Assembly (NCBI GenBank): GCA_035193785.1
Contig: CP136572.1
Span: 320,001-384,000, forward strand
Source of the DNA: Planktothrix sp. GU0601_MAG3
GTDB lineage: Bacteria > Cyanobacteriota > Cyanobacteriia > Cyanobacteriales > Microcoleaceae
Direction of reading: 5' to 3'
DNA: 64,000 bases
Positions within the stretch are counted from its first letter, which is position 1, and each line of letters opens with the position of its first letter. Under the pieces are notes generated by a model. It ran no database searches. It saw only the letters and a list, made by a program, of their open reading frames with translations, and was not told the origin of the DNA. The position numbers and the translations under genes are program-made. Below, one piece after another: positions 36,776 through 49,322 of the stretch.

Positions 36776-36995
36776 TGACTATCATAGGTTTGGGACTCTA
36801 GGGGAGAAAACCATTCTGGATCATCTTTCGGTATGCTTGGGGCGAGTGCTTCTGGGTTGCGAAGGATGTCGATAATGGCACTGGTATCACGTTCTTTGGT
36901 GGAACATAGTAACACACCTTTTGCCCAGAGGGATAATTTTAAATATTTCAAATAATATTAAAAAAGTGTTGGGGGTCTTGAGCAGTGATGATGGA

Positions 36996-37652
36996 TTAAG
37001 GATTAATAGTACCCATTAACCAGCGTGTAATGGCTCCATCATCTTCGGTTTGGGAACGTTGCAATACTTCAATAACTAAAGCCATATTTAATCCGGGTAA
37101 AACTTGGGATTCTTCGATTAATCGACTCCCTTGGTTTTCAACAGCAAATGCTAAAATTGTATTATCTTCGACATTCACAACCCAAGATTCTTGGATTCCT
37201 AGCTTTTCATAGAGTAATCGTTTGCGACCAATATCATCTACAAAGGAAGATGCGGCTATTTCAACAATTAAGTTGGGGGAGGTAAATTCATCTAAATTAA
37301 TCGGGGAATTATTGCGCGGGGGAAATGGGAAGTTATCCCCAATATAAAATCCCATATCGGGTTGACTTTCTCGCATTCCGGTTTTTCTAAAGGATGTGTT
37401 AGTAAATCCGGTGATCCGAATATTTTTAATTGCCGCATAAACTAAGATTACCGTTGACAGAATTGTGTTGTCATGTCCGTGTGCTGAACCTAGTGGTGCC
37501 ATTTCTATCCTTACATATCCTTGATCATAATAAAACCTACCCTCAGCATACTGAGGATTCTCGGTTAAGGCTAAAAATTCTTCCCAGGTCGCTTTTACCC
37601 AGGTATCCGTTGCTATGGCAATTAAAGGAGGAGCTTGAACCATTATTAACAC
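36996..37652 (-). CDS. Uma2-family endonuclease-like protein
   Basis: ATWEEF, QPD, PNLIVEIA, KRLLYEKLGIQESWVV, SQVLPGL. Confidence 0.88.
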   Translation of the reverse strand: MLIMVQAPPLIAIATDTWVKATWEEFLALTENPQYAEGRFYYDQGYVRIEMAPLGSAHGHDNTILSTVILVYAAIKNIRITGFTNTSFRKTGMRESQPDMGFYIGDNFPFPPRNNSPINLDEFTSPNLIVEIAASSFVDDIGRKRLLYEKLGIQESWVVNVEDNTILAFAVENQGSRLIEESQVLPGLNMALVIEVLQRSQTEDDGAITRWLMGTINP

Positions 37653-37684
37653 CTAAACCTTAAATTTAGCGTTTGTATATATAA

Positions 37685-38200
37685 TTATAACTGCCCAAAC
37701 CAATCTTGACCACCTGATAATTGAGCTAATTCTTGATCAATGGGGTTGGGTAATTCTTTGACGGTATATTCATAGGTCAAATTCAGCAATTTTTTTCCGG
37801 TTTCTAATAATAGGTTGCGATCAATCATAGCTGACAGTTGAGTGGATTTTAAACTTCCGCCTAAAACTTCTATACTAGCGGGACGAATGGCTTGTTCTAT
37901 GGCTTCCTCCAGATAGGATTGCCATTGATCGGCTTGAATATAATAGGAATTTTTATTGTCTTTTAAATTTAGTTTTTTGATTTGGATAATAGAATCAGAT
38001 ATTGAAGCAATCCAAGAATTTGTTAATCGCTTTTCAATTTGATTTTTAATCAAATGGATAAACAGCCGAACCAGGAAAGATTCTATGTTTCTCAGGATTG
38101 CTTGTTTTCCCATATCTTCTAGTTCATTAATAATCAGTAAAGCATCTTGATAACGTTCTTCTAGGATACATTTTTTTAGATCGGTTAGTTCCTGCATCAT
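37685..38200 (-). CDS. DUF29-family protein
   Basis: ELEDMGKQAILRNIESFLVRLFIHLIK...SWIASI. Confidence 0.8.
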   Translation of the reverse strand: MMQELTDLKKCILEERYQDALLIINELEDMGKQAILRNIESFLVRLFIHLIKNQIEKRLTNSWIASISDSIIQIKKLNLKDNKNSYYIQADQWQSYLEEAIEQAIRPASIEVLGGSLKSTQLSAMIDRNLLLETGKKLLNLTYEYTVKELPNPIDQELAQLSGGQDWFGQL

Positions 38201-38292
38201 TATTTTATCCTGATTTTGAATAATTCTAACAAAAGTCTTGTTATAATAGGATTATAGCAATTAATTTTTTATATTCAAGTCTCAGTCTAATT

Positions 38293-40153
38293 ATGTCATC
38301 TGTTACCACTACTCCTCTAGTTAAAGATCCTGAACGGTTAGAAAAACAATTGCGAGATATACCTCCGGTTCCGGGGGTGTATTTAATGCGAGATGGTCAG
38401 GATAATATTCTTTATATTGGTAAGTCTAAAAAATTGCGATCGCGGGTGCGTTCCTATTTTCGAGAACAGCATCATCACACACCCAGAATTTCTTTGATGG
38501 TACAACAAATTACCGAGATAGAGTTTATTATTACCGATACGGAAGCGGAAGCCTTAGCCTTAGAAGCTAATTTAGTTAAACAACATCAACCCCATTTTAA
38601 TGTTCTGCTCAAGGATGATAAAAAATATCCCTATTTGTGTATTACTTGGTCGGAGGATTATCCGCGAATTTTTATTACTCGTAAACGGCGTTTAGGCAAT
38701 ATTAAAGACCGTTATTATGGCCCCTATGTGGATACTCGGGTATTAAGAAATACGTTGCATTTAACCAAACGGATTTTTCCCCTGCGTCAACGTCCTAAAC
38801 CGTTATTTAAAGATCGTCCCTGTTTAAATTATGATATTGGTCGCTGTCCGGGGGTTTGTCAACTATTGATTTCCCCTGAAGACTATCGAAAAATTGTGCA
38901 AAAAGTGGCGATGATTTTTCAGGGGAGATCGGGAGAATTGGTTGATCATTTAACGGAACAAATGGAACAAGCCTCGGAAGTCTTAAACTTTGAAATGGCG
39001 GCGATTATTCGGGATCAAATTCATGGGTTACAGTCTTTAAATGCAGAACAAAAGGTGTCTTTACCCGATGATCGAGTGTCCCGTGATGCGATCGCCTTGG
39101 CGGCTAATTCTCAACAATCCTGTGTGCAGTTATTTCAAATTCGCGCCGGAAAATTAGTCGGAAGGTTAGGGTTTACCGCCCAGGTTTCCCCCGGAGTTAA
39201 AATTAACGGAAATGGGGTTAATTTTACAACGAGTTTTAGAGGAACATTATCAATGTGTTGATCCGGTGGAAATTCCCAATGAAATATTAGTTCAATATGA
39301 GTTACCCGATGAATCTATTTTAACGGATTGGTTGAGCGATCGCAAGGGGAAAAAAGTCACGATTTTAACCCCCCAACGTCAGGTTAAAGCCGATTTAATT
39401 GAAATGGTAGAACGGAATGCGGAATATGAATTGGAACGGGTACAAAAGTTAAGTGATCGTAACACCTTAGCCCTGGAAGATTTAGCAGCAATTCTCGATT
39501 TACCCGACCTTCCCCACCGGATTGAAGGTTATGATATTTCCCATATTCAAGGGTCGGATGCGGTCGCCTCCCGGGTGGTATTTATTCAAGGTTTACCCGC
39601 CCAACAATACTATCGTCATTATAAGATTAAAAACCCCACGGTTCACGCCGGACATTCCGATGATTTTGCTAGTTTAGCAGAAGTGATTGGGCGTCGTTGT
39701 CGAGACTATGCTACTTCAACCGATAAACCGGATTTAATTATGATTGATGGCGGAAAAGGTCAACTTTCGGCGGTGGTTTCTGTCTTAGAAAAACTGGATT
39801 TATTAGAAGAAATTCGCGTAGTTAGTTTAGCTAAACAACGGGAGGAAATTTTTCTACCCGGGGAAAGTTTACCCTTGGAAACCGACCCGGAACAACCCGG
39901 AGTTCAACTATTAAGAAGATTGCGAGATGAAGCCCATCGGTTTGCGGTTAGTTTCCATAGAAATCAACGGACTCAAAGGATGAAGCGATCGCATTTAGAT
40001 GATATTACCGGGTTAGGACATCATCGTCAAAAATTATTATTAGCTCATTTTCGTTCCTTGGAATATATTAGAATAGCTACCCCAGAACAGTTAGCAGAAG
40101 TGTCAGGAATTGGGCCGAAATTAGCCCAAGAAATCTATAATTATTTCCATTAA
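38293..40153 (+). CDS. uvrC: Excinuclease ABC subunit C, apparent frameshift at ~39183
   Basis: GIY-YIG (PGVY..YIGKS), Cys cluster, [24 protein letters not shown], HhH tail. Confidence 0.95.
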
Positions 40154-40154
40154 A

Positions 40155-40247
40155 GTAGTGAGTCCTTTAGGACTCAGACAGCCCTGAAGGGCTTACTACT
40201 TGTAGTGAGTCCTTTAGGACTCAGACAGCCCTGAAGGGCTTACTACT
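40155..40247. repeat. Tandem pair of 46-bp palindromic REP-like units
   Basis: GTAGTGAGTCCTTTAGGACTCAGACAGCCCTGAAGGGCTTACTACT twice, exact. Confidence 0.9.
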
Positions 40248-43035
40248 TTTTGGTGTGAGGGAATTTCAATAATAAACTCTGTTCCCTGACCTAGTTCTGA
40301 ATTACATTGAATTGAACCTTTGTGTTTTTCCACAATAATTTGATAACTAATTGATAAACCCAACCCCGTTCCTTTACCGACGGGTTTGGTGGTAAAAAAG
40401 GGATTAAACAAGTTAGATTTTATATTTTCTGACATTCCCACACCATTATCTGCGATTTTAATTATAACTTTATTTTGATCAAAAAACTCAGTCTCAATCG
40501 TAATTTGATCTGTATTTTGTTGATCTCTAATTGGAGAGTGATCACGGGCATCTTGTAAAGCATCAATAGCATTAGAAATTAAATTCATAAACACTTGATT
40601 TAATTGTCCTACATAACATTCTACCAAGGGAATATCACCGTATTTTTTAATCACCTTAACCCCTCGATGTTGAACATTTTCTTTTAAACGACTTTGTAAA
40701 ATTAATAACGTATTATCAATTCCTTCATGAATATTAACTTTCTTCATTTCGGCTTCATCCAACCGTGAAAAATTACGCAGGGAAAGTACAATTTCTCTAA
40801 TGCGGTTCGATCCCATTTTCATAGAATTGATAATATTTGGAAAATCTTCAATTAAAAAATCAAGTTCCACTTCCTCCACAAAATCAATAATTTCGGCCGG
40901 GGGTTCGGGATAATGGGTTTGATAGATGTTAACTAAACTTAATAAATTTTCTGTATATTCCTGAGCATGAATTAAGTTTCCCATAAATAAAGTTAACCGG
41001 ATTATTAATTTCATGGGCAACCCCGGCTACCAATTGACCCAAACTCGACATTTTTTCTGCTTGAATTAATTGGGTTTGAGCTTTGCGAAAATCGACTAGG
41101 GCAACTTCGGCTTCTTCCTTGGCTTTTCGCATTGCTTCCTCCGCGTTTTTTCTATCTGTTATATCCGTAATCGTACCGACATAACCAATAACTTCTCCAT
41201 CAGAATTTATTTCCGCAGCAGCTTGACCATAAACCCAAGTAATCTTACCATCGGGACGTTCTAGGCGATATTCATAATTAAATTGAACGCGATTTTTAGC
41301 ACAGGTTTCCCATTTCTGAAAGACGGAGATTCTATCTTCGGAATAAATTGCCCGCGACCAACCTTCTCCCATGGCTTCTGTTCCGGTTAAGCCAGCAATT
41401 TCACACCATCTTTGATTCACATAAAGGCAATTTCCCTGGGTGTCAGTATGGAAAATTCCCACCGGAGAAACTTCAGCTAATGTTGCATAAAGTTTTTGAG
41501 TATTCTGCAATATTTGTTCCATATTCCGTTGTTCGGTGACATCTACACCTACACTGACAATATAGTCAATTTCTTTGGCTTCATTTAGGAGAACGGTATC
41601 CGACCAACTAATAATTCTCTGATTTCCATTTTTGGTAATCCAACGGGATTCGTAATATTTAGGAAATTGATCAATCAGTAAAAAGGCAAAATTTGCTTTC
41701 ACTTTAGAGGCTTCCTCTGGGCTTAAAAATATATCCCAAACATAGCAATTTCTAATTTCATCAAAGCTGTATTGAGTTGTTTGTTCAAAGGCGCGATTAA
41801 ATCGAATAATTCGACCTTTTGCATCCATTAAAATCACTAAAGCTCCAGCGATATCTAAAATGGCTGAAATAAAACTTCGCTCTTTTTCAATGGCTGTAAA
41901 TAACTCGTCAATTTGAGTGGTCATTTGATTAAAAGCTGTAGCTAATATGCCCAATTCATTAGAACACTGCACATCAACTTTTGTTTTCAAATCTCCTTGA
42001 CTAATTTTGATCACGGCGTTGGTTAATTGTTTGAGGGGGAAAATAATTTGCCGACTATGAAATATGCCTATACCTGTAGCAAACCCTGTAATTAAAATAA
42101 CCGTTACTCCCATAACAAAAATCATCTGATAAATGGGGCCATAGGCTTCTTTAATCGGAAGTTCAACGACTAAAAACCAATTCACACTAGGAATCATGGC
42201 TGTCGCGCCCAAAACCTCTACATTTTTCAATCCTAGATAACGATTTATATTTAATTTTTTATGATCTAAAGCCTCTTGGATAGAATCAATGATCCTATTA
42301 TTTTTGAGATTCTGAATATTAAATATTTTAGACCTATTGTTAGAAGCAGTAAAGACTTGATTTCGTTCATCCACAAGATAAACATATCCAGTTTTACCCA
42401 CTTGAGTATGAGACAGAATAAAACTGAGAAAACTTAGGTCAATTTCAGTGAATAAAACCCCATTAATCTGATCGAATTTATCTCGAATGGGAAACGGACA
42501 TCACCATTTTATATTTTTGATCACTCGGGTCAAATTCAATTGTTCCTACATAATCTTCCTGTTGTTTAAAGGGTCGAATAAATAATGGAGAATCGGTATA
42601 GTTTTTATTTAAAATTTGACCATCAGTAAGTATAGATGTGATCACCTTTCCTTGAGAATTTAAGATGGCTACCAAATGATAGGCGTCATTATGACGAACT
42701 AATCCTTCTATCAAGTTTTTTTGAATATCTGGGGGTAAATCAGTTAAGCCCTTAACCCGGGCTAAAAAATTTAATTTTCGTTGCAGATCATCTAAATAGT
42801 TATTGATTTGATAGGCTATAACTTGCGATCGCTCTCCTTGTATGGATTGCAACTGCCTCATCTGAGATTTATAACTCAGATAAATCAATAATCCCCCACT
42901 ACTTAAAACACTAATCAATCCCACAAGGAGTAAACTCCCACGGAGTTGTTTAGCTAGGGAAAAAAACCTCGGGGTGGAAAAGGAAAAAGAACCCCCAATC
43001 TTAGATAAAAAATGATGTTTCTCCGCTTGACTCAT
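40214..43035 (-). CDS. Cache-HAMP-PAS sensor histidine kinase, apparent frameshifts at ~42490 and ~40975
   Basis: TM-Cache-TM, HAMP (ELGILATAFNQM), two PAS, EKMSSLGQLVAGVAHEINNP, FFTTKPVGKGTGLGL. Confidence 0.9.
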
Positions 43036-43067
43036 AATTTTTTCAATAACAGGGAACTAATCCATTT

Positions 43068-44103
43068 TTATTTATTGTAATCTGTTGTTAGCCCGGAAGG
43101 GGTAATATCAATTTTTCCCGTTACTACTTGCTGTTTTATCTGATTAAATTTGGCTTCTTCTTCGGCTGTTAAAGTGCCTCTAAAGGGGGCAAAATCATAA
43201 ATTTGTTCCCGTAGTCCATATTTATATTGTTTGCCTTCCCAGCGTCCTTGCTGCACTAAGGTAGCAATTTTTAAGACTAATTCAGGAATATTCTGTAGGA
43301 CACTGGTTAAAATTTTGCCCGGGACTAAGTTATATTTATCTTTCGTCCAACCAATCCCATAAACCTCTGGTTTTTCACTGGCTAACTTTAAAGCTGAAAT
43401 TCCTGCTTCATCTGCGTTAATTGCCATAATATCTACTCCTTTTTTCAACCAATCTAGGGCGACTTTATTACCTTTTTCTGCATCTGTCCAAGTCTGCAAA
43501 AATTGAGTATAGACTTCAATATTTGGTTTGGTTGCAGTTGCTCCTCGCCTAAATAATTCTGCTTCTTCTCGATAAACAGGGTAATCATATCCCACCATGT
43601 AACCGACTTTATTGGTTTTGGTTTTTATGGCGGCTAATGCTCCAGTTAGATAACCTACTTCCCCGGAAACGAAAAGCAACTGCTCCCAAATTTTTATTAT
43701 TCCCAGAATAGCTTGTCACTACAGCAAATTTGATATCTGGAAAATCTTTAGCCACCTTTTCCATTGCTTTAATATAACCACCACCATGACCAATAATTAA
43801 ATCATATCCCTGTTGGGCATAGCTACGAATTAATGCTTCATCGCCAGTTTCTGGGGCATTTTCCGTATAGGTGATTTCAGCATTATATTGCTTTTCAATT
43901 AATTTTAATCCTTCATAATTAGCTTGACTCCAACTTCCATCTTCTATGGAACCAGTGAAAATACTCGCCACTCTAAATTGGAATTGACTCTGGGAATCGG
44001 AGGTTGTTAATTGTTCTTGATTCCACTGACTACAACTGACTATAATCACTAATGTGATCATTCCTAGCAGGATATTGGTCAAGAATTTTGGTATTTGCCG
44101 CAT
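43068..44103 (-). CDS. BMP-family substrate-binding lipoprotein, apparent frameshift at ~43665
   Basis: Lipobox IVSC, DGSWSQANYEGL, YAQQGYDLIIGHG, GYLTGALAA, KTNKVG. Confidence 0.85.
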
Positions 44104-44131
44104 ACAATTCCTGAAGTTAAGGGGAATTACG

Positions 44132-44190
44132 AATGGGTAATGGGTAATGGGTAATGGGTAATGGGTAATGGGTAATGGGTAATGGGTAAT
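44132..44190. repeat. Heptamer tandem repeat (AATGGGT)n
   Basis: About 8 perfect copies upstream of the BMP gene. Confidence 0.95.
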
Positions 44191-44365
44191 AGTATTTACC
44201 TCATAATAAATTATGGATAGCCAATATTTAAGTATTGAATATTACATTAAATTCTATTAACTGGAAATTGTAATTGCACCCTTATACTCTTTTTGTCTGA
44301 TATTAACAGAGTTTTTTCCTAAAAACAACAAGGAAGCCTCACTGCCTCCTTGCTATTTTTGGGAT

Positions 44366-44960
44366 TTAACTTGCCCAATTCAAATAGGGCAATTTTGTGG
44401 CGGTGGCTTGAATTTGCTCAAAATTAGCAATTAATTGTCCGCAACTATCCCACATTCCGGTAATAAAAGATTGACGGGAAACCTGCATTCATATTCACAT
44501 CAATAGTTAACTCTCCACAGTGGACTTTCATGGATTCTAAATCTAGGTTAAGAGCTACTTGAGGATTGGCTTTTAAAGCTTCTTGAACTGCCTTGACATC
44601 CTCTGGTTTGGCGGTGACACAGGGAACCCCAATCGAGACACAGTTTCCCAAGAATATTTCGGCAAAACTTTCTCCAATAATCGCTTGAATCCCCCATTTG
44701 GCAATAGCTTGGGGGGCGTGTTCCCGGGAGGAACCACAACCAAAATTAGCATTAACTACTAATATATTTGCCCCTTGATATTCGGGCAAATCAAAGGCGT
44801 GTTTTCCCTGCATTTGTTGGCGGTCATCGGCAAAAACTTTTTCCCCTAATCCATCAAAGGTAACAGACCGTAAAAACCGCGCCGGAATAATCCGGTCGGT
44901 ATCAATATCACTGCCAACTAAAGCAATTCCTGTTCCCGAAATACTTTGAATTTTACTCAT
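44366..44960 (-). CDS. leuD: 3-isopropylmalate dehydratase small subunit, apparent frameshift at ~44478
   Basis: [31 protein letters not shown]. Confidence 0.95.
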
Positions 44961-45089
44961 TGTTGAAGTTCCGTAATTTATGTTAAGAATTGACCCCACC
45001 TTAATTTTCCCCTTGGTAAGAGGAGGGAATAAGAGTAAGAATTGACTCTGTTTCCCCACCTTTTTCAAGGGGGCTAGGGGCTGAAGTGC

Positions 45090-46495
45090 TTATAATAACT
45101 CCCGTACATCCGTAACTACACCGTTAACCGCCGCCGCCACCACCATGACCGGACTCATTAACAATGTCCGACCGTTGGCGGAAACCCTGACGGCCTTTAA
45201 AGTTGCGGTTAGAAGACGATGCACTCAGTTGATTTCCCTGTAACTTATCGGGGTTCATCGCCAAACACATAGAACATCCGGCCTCGCGCCATTCAAACCC
45301 CGCCGCTTCAAAGATTTTATCCAGTCCTTCGGCTTCGGCTTCGGCTTTTACCCGTTCTGAACCGGGAACCACAAAGGCTTTCACCCCACTGGCGACTTTC
45401 CGACCCTGGGCAAATTTAGCCGCTGCTCGCAGGTCACTGAGGCGGCCGTTGGTACAACTGCCGATAAAACAGACGTCTACTTTTGTCCCTTGAATGGGGG
45501 TTCCGGGGGTAAATTCCATGTATTGATAGGCTTCTTTAGCCACCTCCCGATCGGTTTCTGCAATCTCCTCTAAAGTAGGGATTAACTCATTAACCGCCAT
45601 TCCCTGTCCGGGGGTAATTCCCCAAGTTACGGTGGGAGCAATCTTCGTGGCATCAAATTTTACCACATCATCATAAACGGCATCCGTACTACTGCGGATA
45701 CTATTCCACCAAGTCACGGCTTTTTCCCAGTCCTCCCCTTTGGGGGCAAAATCTCGGCCCTGTAAATAGTCGTAGGTCACTTGATCGGGGTTAACATAGC
45801 CGCACCGGGCGCCCCCTTCAATGGACATATTACAGATCGTCATCCGTTCTTCCATGGACATCGCCTCAATGGTGCTTCCGGCGAATTCGTAGGCGTAGCC
45901 CACGCCCCCCTTTACCCCCAAGGTGCGGATAATATGCAGCACCACATCCTTTGCATAGACCCCGGGGGGCAGTTCTCCATTTACCTCGATTCGGCGGACT
46001 TTCAGTTTTCCTAACGCTAGGGTTTGGGATGCCAGCACATCCCGCACTTGAGAGGTTCCAATCCCAAAGGCGATCGCCCCAAATGCTCCATGGGTAGAGG
46101 TGTGGGAGTCCCCGCAGGCAATGGTCATCCCCGGTTGGGTTAATCCCTGTTCCGGTGCGATGACGTGGACAATCCCTTGGTTCCCAGAACCGATATTATA
46201 AAAACGGATACCATATTCTTGACAACTTTGTTCCAAGGACTGTATCATTTCTTCCGCCAAGGTATCCACAAAGGGACGAGCTTGGTTATCGGTGGGAACG
46301 ATATGATCGACGGTGGCGACAGTGCGTTCAGGACACAGAACTTTCAGGTGGCGATCGCGCAACATGGCAAACGCTTGGGGACTGGTGACTTCATGGATCA
46401 GGTGCAAACCAATGAAAAGTTGAGTCTGTCCTGATGGCAGGGTTTCCAACGGTATGCAACTCCCATACTTGATCAAATAGTGTTCTTTCGCTCAT
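45090..46495 (-). CDS. leuC: 3-isopropylmalate dehydratase large subunit, apparent frameshifts at ~46441 and ~45180
   Basis: [49 protein letters not shown]. Confidence 0.95.
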
Positions 46496-46641
46496 AGAAT
46501 CTAAAAAATAACTGCGTTTGTAACGCTCGCACTACTGGCATTTATTTTAGCGGTTAATGGATTTGTGGCGTTAACTGTTGGGAATAACTTAATCTCTAGG
46601 GATTGATAATAAATAGTGAACTACCTACACCTCTGGTACGA

Positions 46642-46687
46642 GTAGGGGCGAATGGCCATTCGCCCCTAATTTGCCATTCGCCCCTAA
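46642..46687. repeat. REP-like palindrome plus half copy
   Basis: GTAGGGGCGAATGGCCATTCGCCCCTA, the same unit as inside the MITE at 34710. Confidence 0.8.
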
Positions 46688-47276
46688 TTTATTGTTGTTG
46701 GGATAGGTATTCTCCCAGAGGTGCGGAAGATCAACAAAGATTTGAAGATCATCCAACACCCTATGGGAATTATGAATAGCCTAATTTACCCCGATTATGT
46801 CTAATTCGGAGGAACAATCGGATCATTTTCACTCGGTTTATTCTCTTGGGCCAGAACGATGAATGATGGGGAAGAATCAGCAATTTGAACCATAGAATGA
46901 CTTCCAATATGAGTGATCATTCCAAGATATTCAGGCGAAAAAACAGTCCCATTGATCAGACAAGACAACAGAAAATTTAACATGATTTTATCGTCTCCAT
47001 TTTTTAAGTAAAAAAAGCATGAAAAATGTGCATCAAAAATTCTTCCATTGCTTCCGTCAGTTATGCCTAAACAGTAAGCAGCAGAAATTAATTAAAAATC
47101 CAGTAGTGTCATTCCAAAAAATTGTCCAGCGGCAACAGGGAGGACAAAAGTTAGAAATACGGTTGAAAGATGTGTGGTTGTTGAGTAGCAGGTCGAAAAC
47201 AGCAGAATTAACTCATGGAATACCTTGAGTCCAATGAGTCTATTATCATTATATGTTGAATTGAGCCCTTCTACAA

Positions 47277-49067
47277 ATGTTGATCTCCTGGGACTATCCC
47301 CCAACCGCAGAACTATTGCAATACCTGGCCGGGGGACGGCTGGCTGTGAGGTTCCATCGAGCCGTTAGATTATGGGTTTTACTCCATCGCTTTTATGGTA
47401 TGGAGTCCCGTTGGATTATCCATTTACCCCAACCCTTTACCTATCCTGACCTGCGAAACCGTTTATTTTCCGAAAAACATCCCAAAAGCGATCGCCTCAA
47501 AGTTCAGAACATTCTGGCCGGATGTCGGGACAATTCTTGTATTTGCCAGCACTCGGTTATGGACTTACTCCAAAATCATTTCTCTCCAGAAACCTCGGAG
47601 GAGTGGAAACACCAGTTACAAACCCTCACCGGATGGTCAGATACCGAACTCCACCAGCAGTTACGGGGTTATCCCTTCGCCACCGTCCATCGCAGCCTGC
47701 GGGATGATCTTAAATTCTTGATAGACCTGGGGTGGTTGGGAAGGGGAGTAGGGGGAGTAGGGGGAGCGGGGGGAGCAGGGGGAGCAGGGGGAGCAGGGGG
47801 GGCAGGGGAGGCAGGGGGAGCAGGGGAGGCAGGGGGGGCAGGGGAGGCAGGGGGGGCAGGGGGAGTAGGGGGGGCAGGGGAGGTAGGGGGAGCAGGGGGG
47901 GTAGGGGGAGCAGGGGAGGCAGGGGGGGCAGGGGGAGCAGGGGAGGTAGAGGGAGCAGGGGAGGTAGGGGGAGCAGGGGGAGCAGGGGGAGCAGGGGAGG
48001 TAGGGGGAGCAGGGGAGGTAGAGGGAGCAGGGGGGGGAGTGTCTTTGGGCGCTAGATATAAAACATCAAATGCTGGATATAAACCATCAACTATTAGTTG
48101 CTACTATGGGGGAAATTCTCCAAAGTTGCCTATTTTCTCAATAACTAATACCCTGAATTTTTCGGGACTGTCTAAAACCCAACTTTGGGGACTATTACGA
48201 GTGTTAGAATCCGTGGTTTTTGTGCAGCCAAATTTGGAGGTTATAGTACAATCTTTATGGGAAGCATTGGTGGAAGATGGGGTTAAACCGACTGAGGAAA
48301 AAGAAGCAGAACCCCAAAGGCGAATTTTTATTAATTTGGATTATATTTTAGCCGATGAAAACCAGGATCGGGTTGACGGTTATCAGGAACAAATTGAACT
48401 GTTATGGCGTGATCCTATGGGTGGGGTAATTAATTTTAAAACCTGGATACCCGCCGAGGAAAAAAAGGTGGAGGTGACGGTTTATCCGGTTTGTTTGCAT
48501 TATGTTCGTCGGGCAAAATATCTGAGTGCTTTTGGGTTTGACCCGGAAGGAAGGTTGGGCTGGCATAATTATCGGTTGGATAGAATTGCTTCAGAATATC
48601 TTAGGGTTTTGTCTTGGGGCGATCGCCATATTCCCCCGGAACTTGAGCACCTGAAATTAACTGAAAGTCTCCCTACTTCTGAGGATGTACAAACCGAATT
48701 AGATGCGGCTTGGGGGTTTAATTTCTATTTACCTAGTCAATTATTAATTATGCGATTTAACCCAACTTTCGACCGTTGGTATGTGGATAATACGGACAGA
48801 CACCCAACTTTTAAGCCGATTTCCTATCCGGCGTTACCCGGATTAATTCGCCGTCATATTCCTAATTTGGAGGAACAAAAGGCCGTATTAGAGATTATTA
48901 ATCAACGTTCTCCCCAGGATTGCTATTATCAAGCATGGATACGGGTGGGGGATATTAATGTGTTAATGCGGTTACGAGAATGGCGGGGAAATGGGGAAGT
49001 GATTGCTCCTTTTTCCATTCGTCAACGGCTACATCAGGAGGCGTTAGAGGAGTTATCAAATTATTAG
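47277..49067 (+). CDS. CRISPR-associated WYL-domain protein (TIGR03985-like) with in-frame Gly/Ala-rich insertion
   Basis: [27 protein letters not shown]-like, [29 protein letters not shown] core, AWGFNFY; adjacent to CRISPR locus. Confidence 0.8.
   Translation: MLISWDYPPTAELLQYLAGGRLAVRFHRAVRLWVLLHRFYGMESRWIIHLPQPFTYPDLRNRLFSEKHPKSDRLKVQNILAGCRDNSCICQHSVMDLLQNHFSPETSEEWKHQLQTLTGWSDTELHQQLRGYPFATVHRSLRDDLKFLIDLGWLGRGVGGVGGAGGAGGAGGAGGAGEAGGAGEAGGAGEAGGAGGVGGAGEVGGAGGVGGAGEAGGAGGAGEVEGAGEVGGAGGAGGAGEVGGAGEVEGAGGGVSLGARYKTSNAGYKPSTISCYYGGNSPKLPIFSITNTLNFSGLSKTQLWGLLRVLESVVFVQPNLEVIVQSLWEALVEDGVKPTEEKEAEPQRRIFINLDYILADENQDRVDGYQEQIELLWRDPMGGVINFKTWIPAEEKKVEVTVYPVCLHYVRRAKYLSAFGFDPEGRLGWHNYRLDRIASEYLRVLSWGDRHIPPELEHLKLTESLPTSEDVQTELDAAWGFNFYLPSQLLIMRFNPTFDRWYVDNTDRHPTFKPISYPALPGLIRRHIPNLEEQKAVLEIINQRSPQDCYYQAWIRVGDINVLMRLREWRGNGEVIAPFSIRQRLHQEALEELSNY
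47742..48039 (+). repeat. G-rich 9-nt tandem repeat (GGGGGAGCA/GGGGAGGCA/GGGGAGGTA), ~33 units
   Basis: Directly visible; encodes GGA/GEA/GEV tripeptides in frame. Confidence 0.95.
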
Positions 49068-49322
49068 AATATGGGATATTTTAGAAAAAATTGCTATAGT
49101 GGTTTCAGAGTTTTAATTCTCTAGGGAGGTGTTTCCATGACTATTATAATCTCCGATGAAATTATCCAAGCCTCTCAACTGACTCCAAAGGAGTTTTGTC
49201 AAGAAATTGCACTCTATTTATTTGAGACGGGTCACTTAACAGTCGGTTATGCAAGTCAACTGGCGGATATGCCTACTGATGTTTTTCGTCAACTTCTGAA
49301 GCAGCGCCATATTCCTCTTTAT

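Noticed and set aside
46801..47304. Three short ORFs upstream of the WYL gene
   Set aside because: No recognisable motifs, mutually overlapping or divergent; cannot be supported without homology data
47732..48055. RGG/RGS-rich 107-aa ORF
   Set aside because: Alternate frame of the G-rich repeat inside the WYL gene
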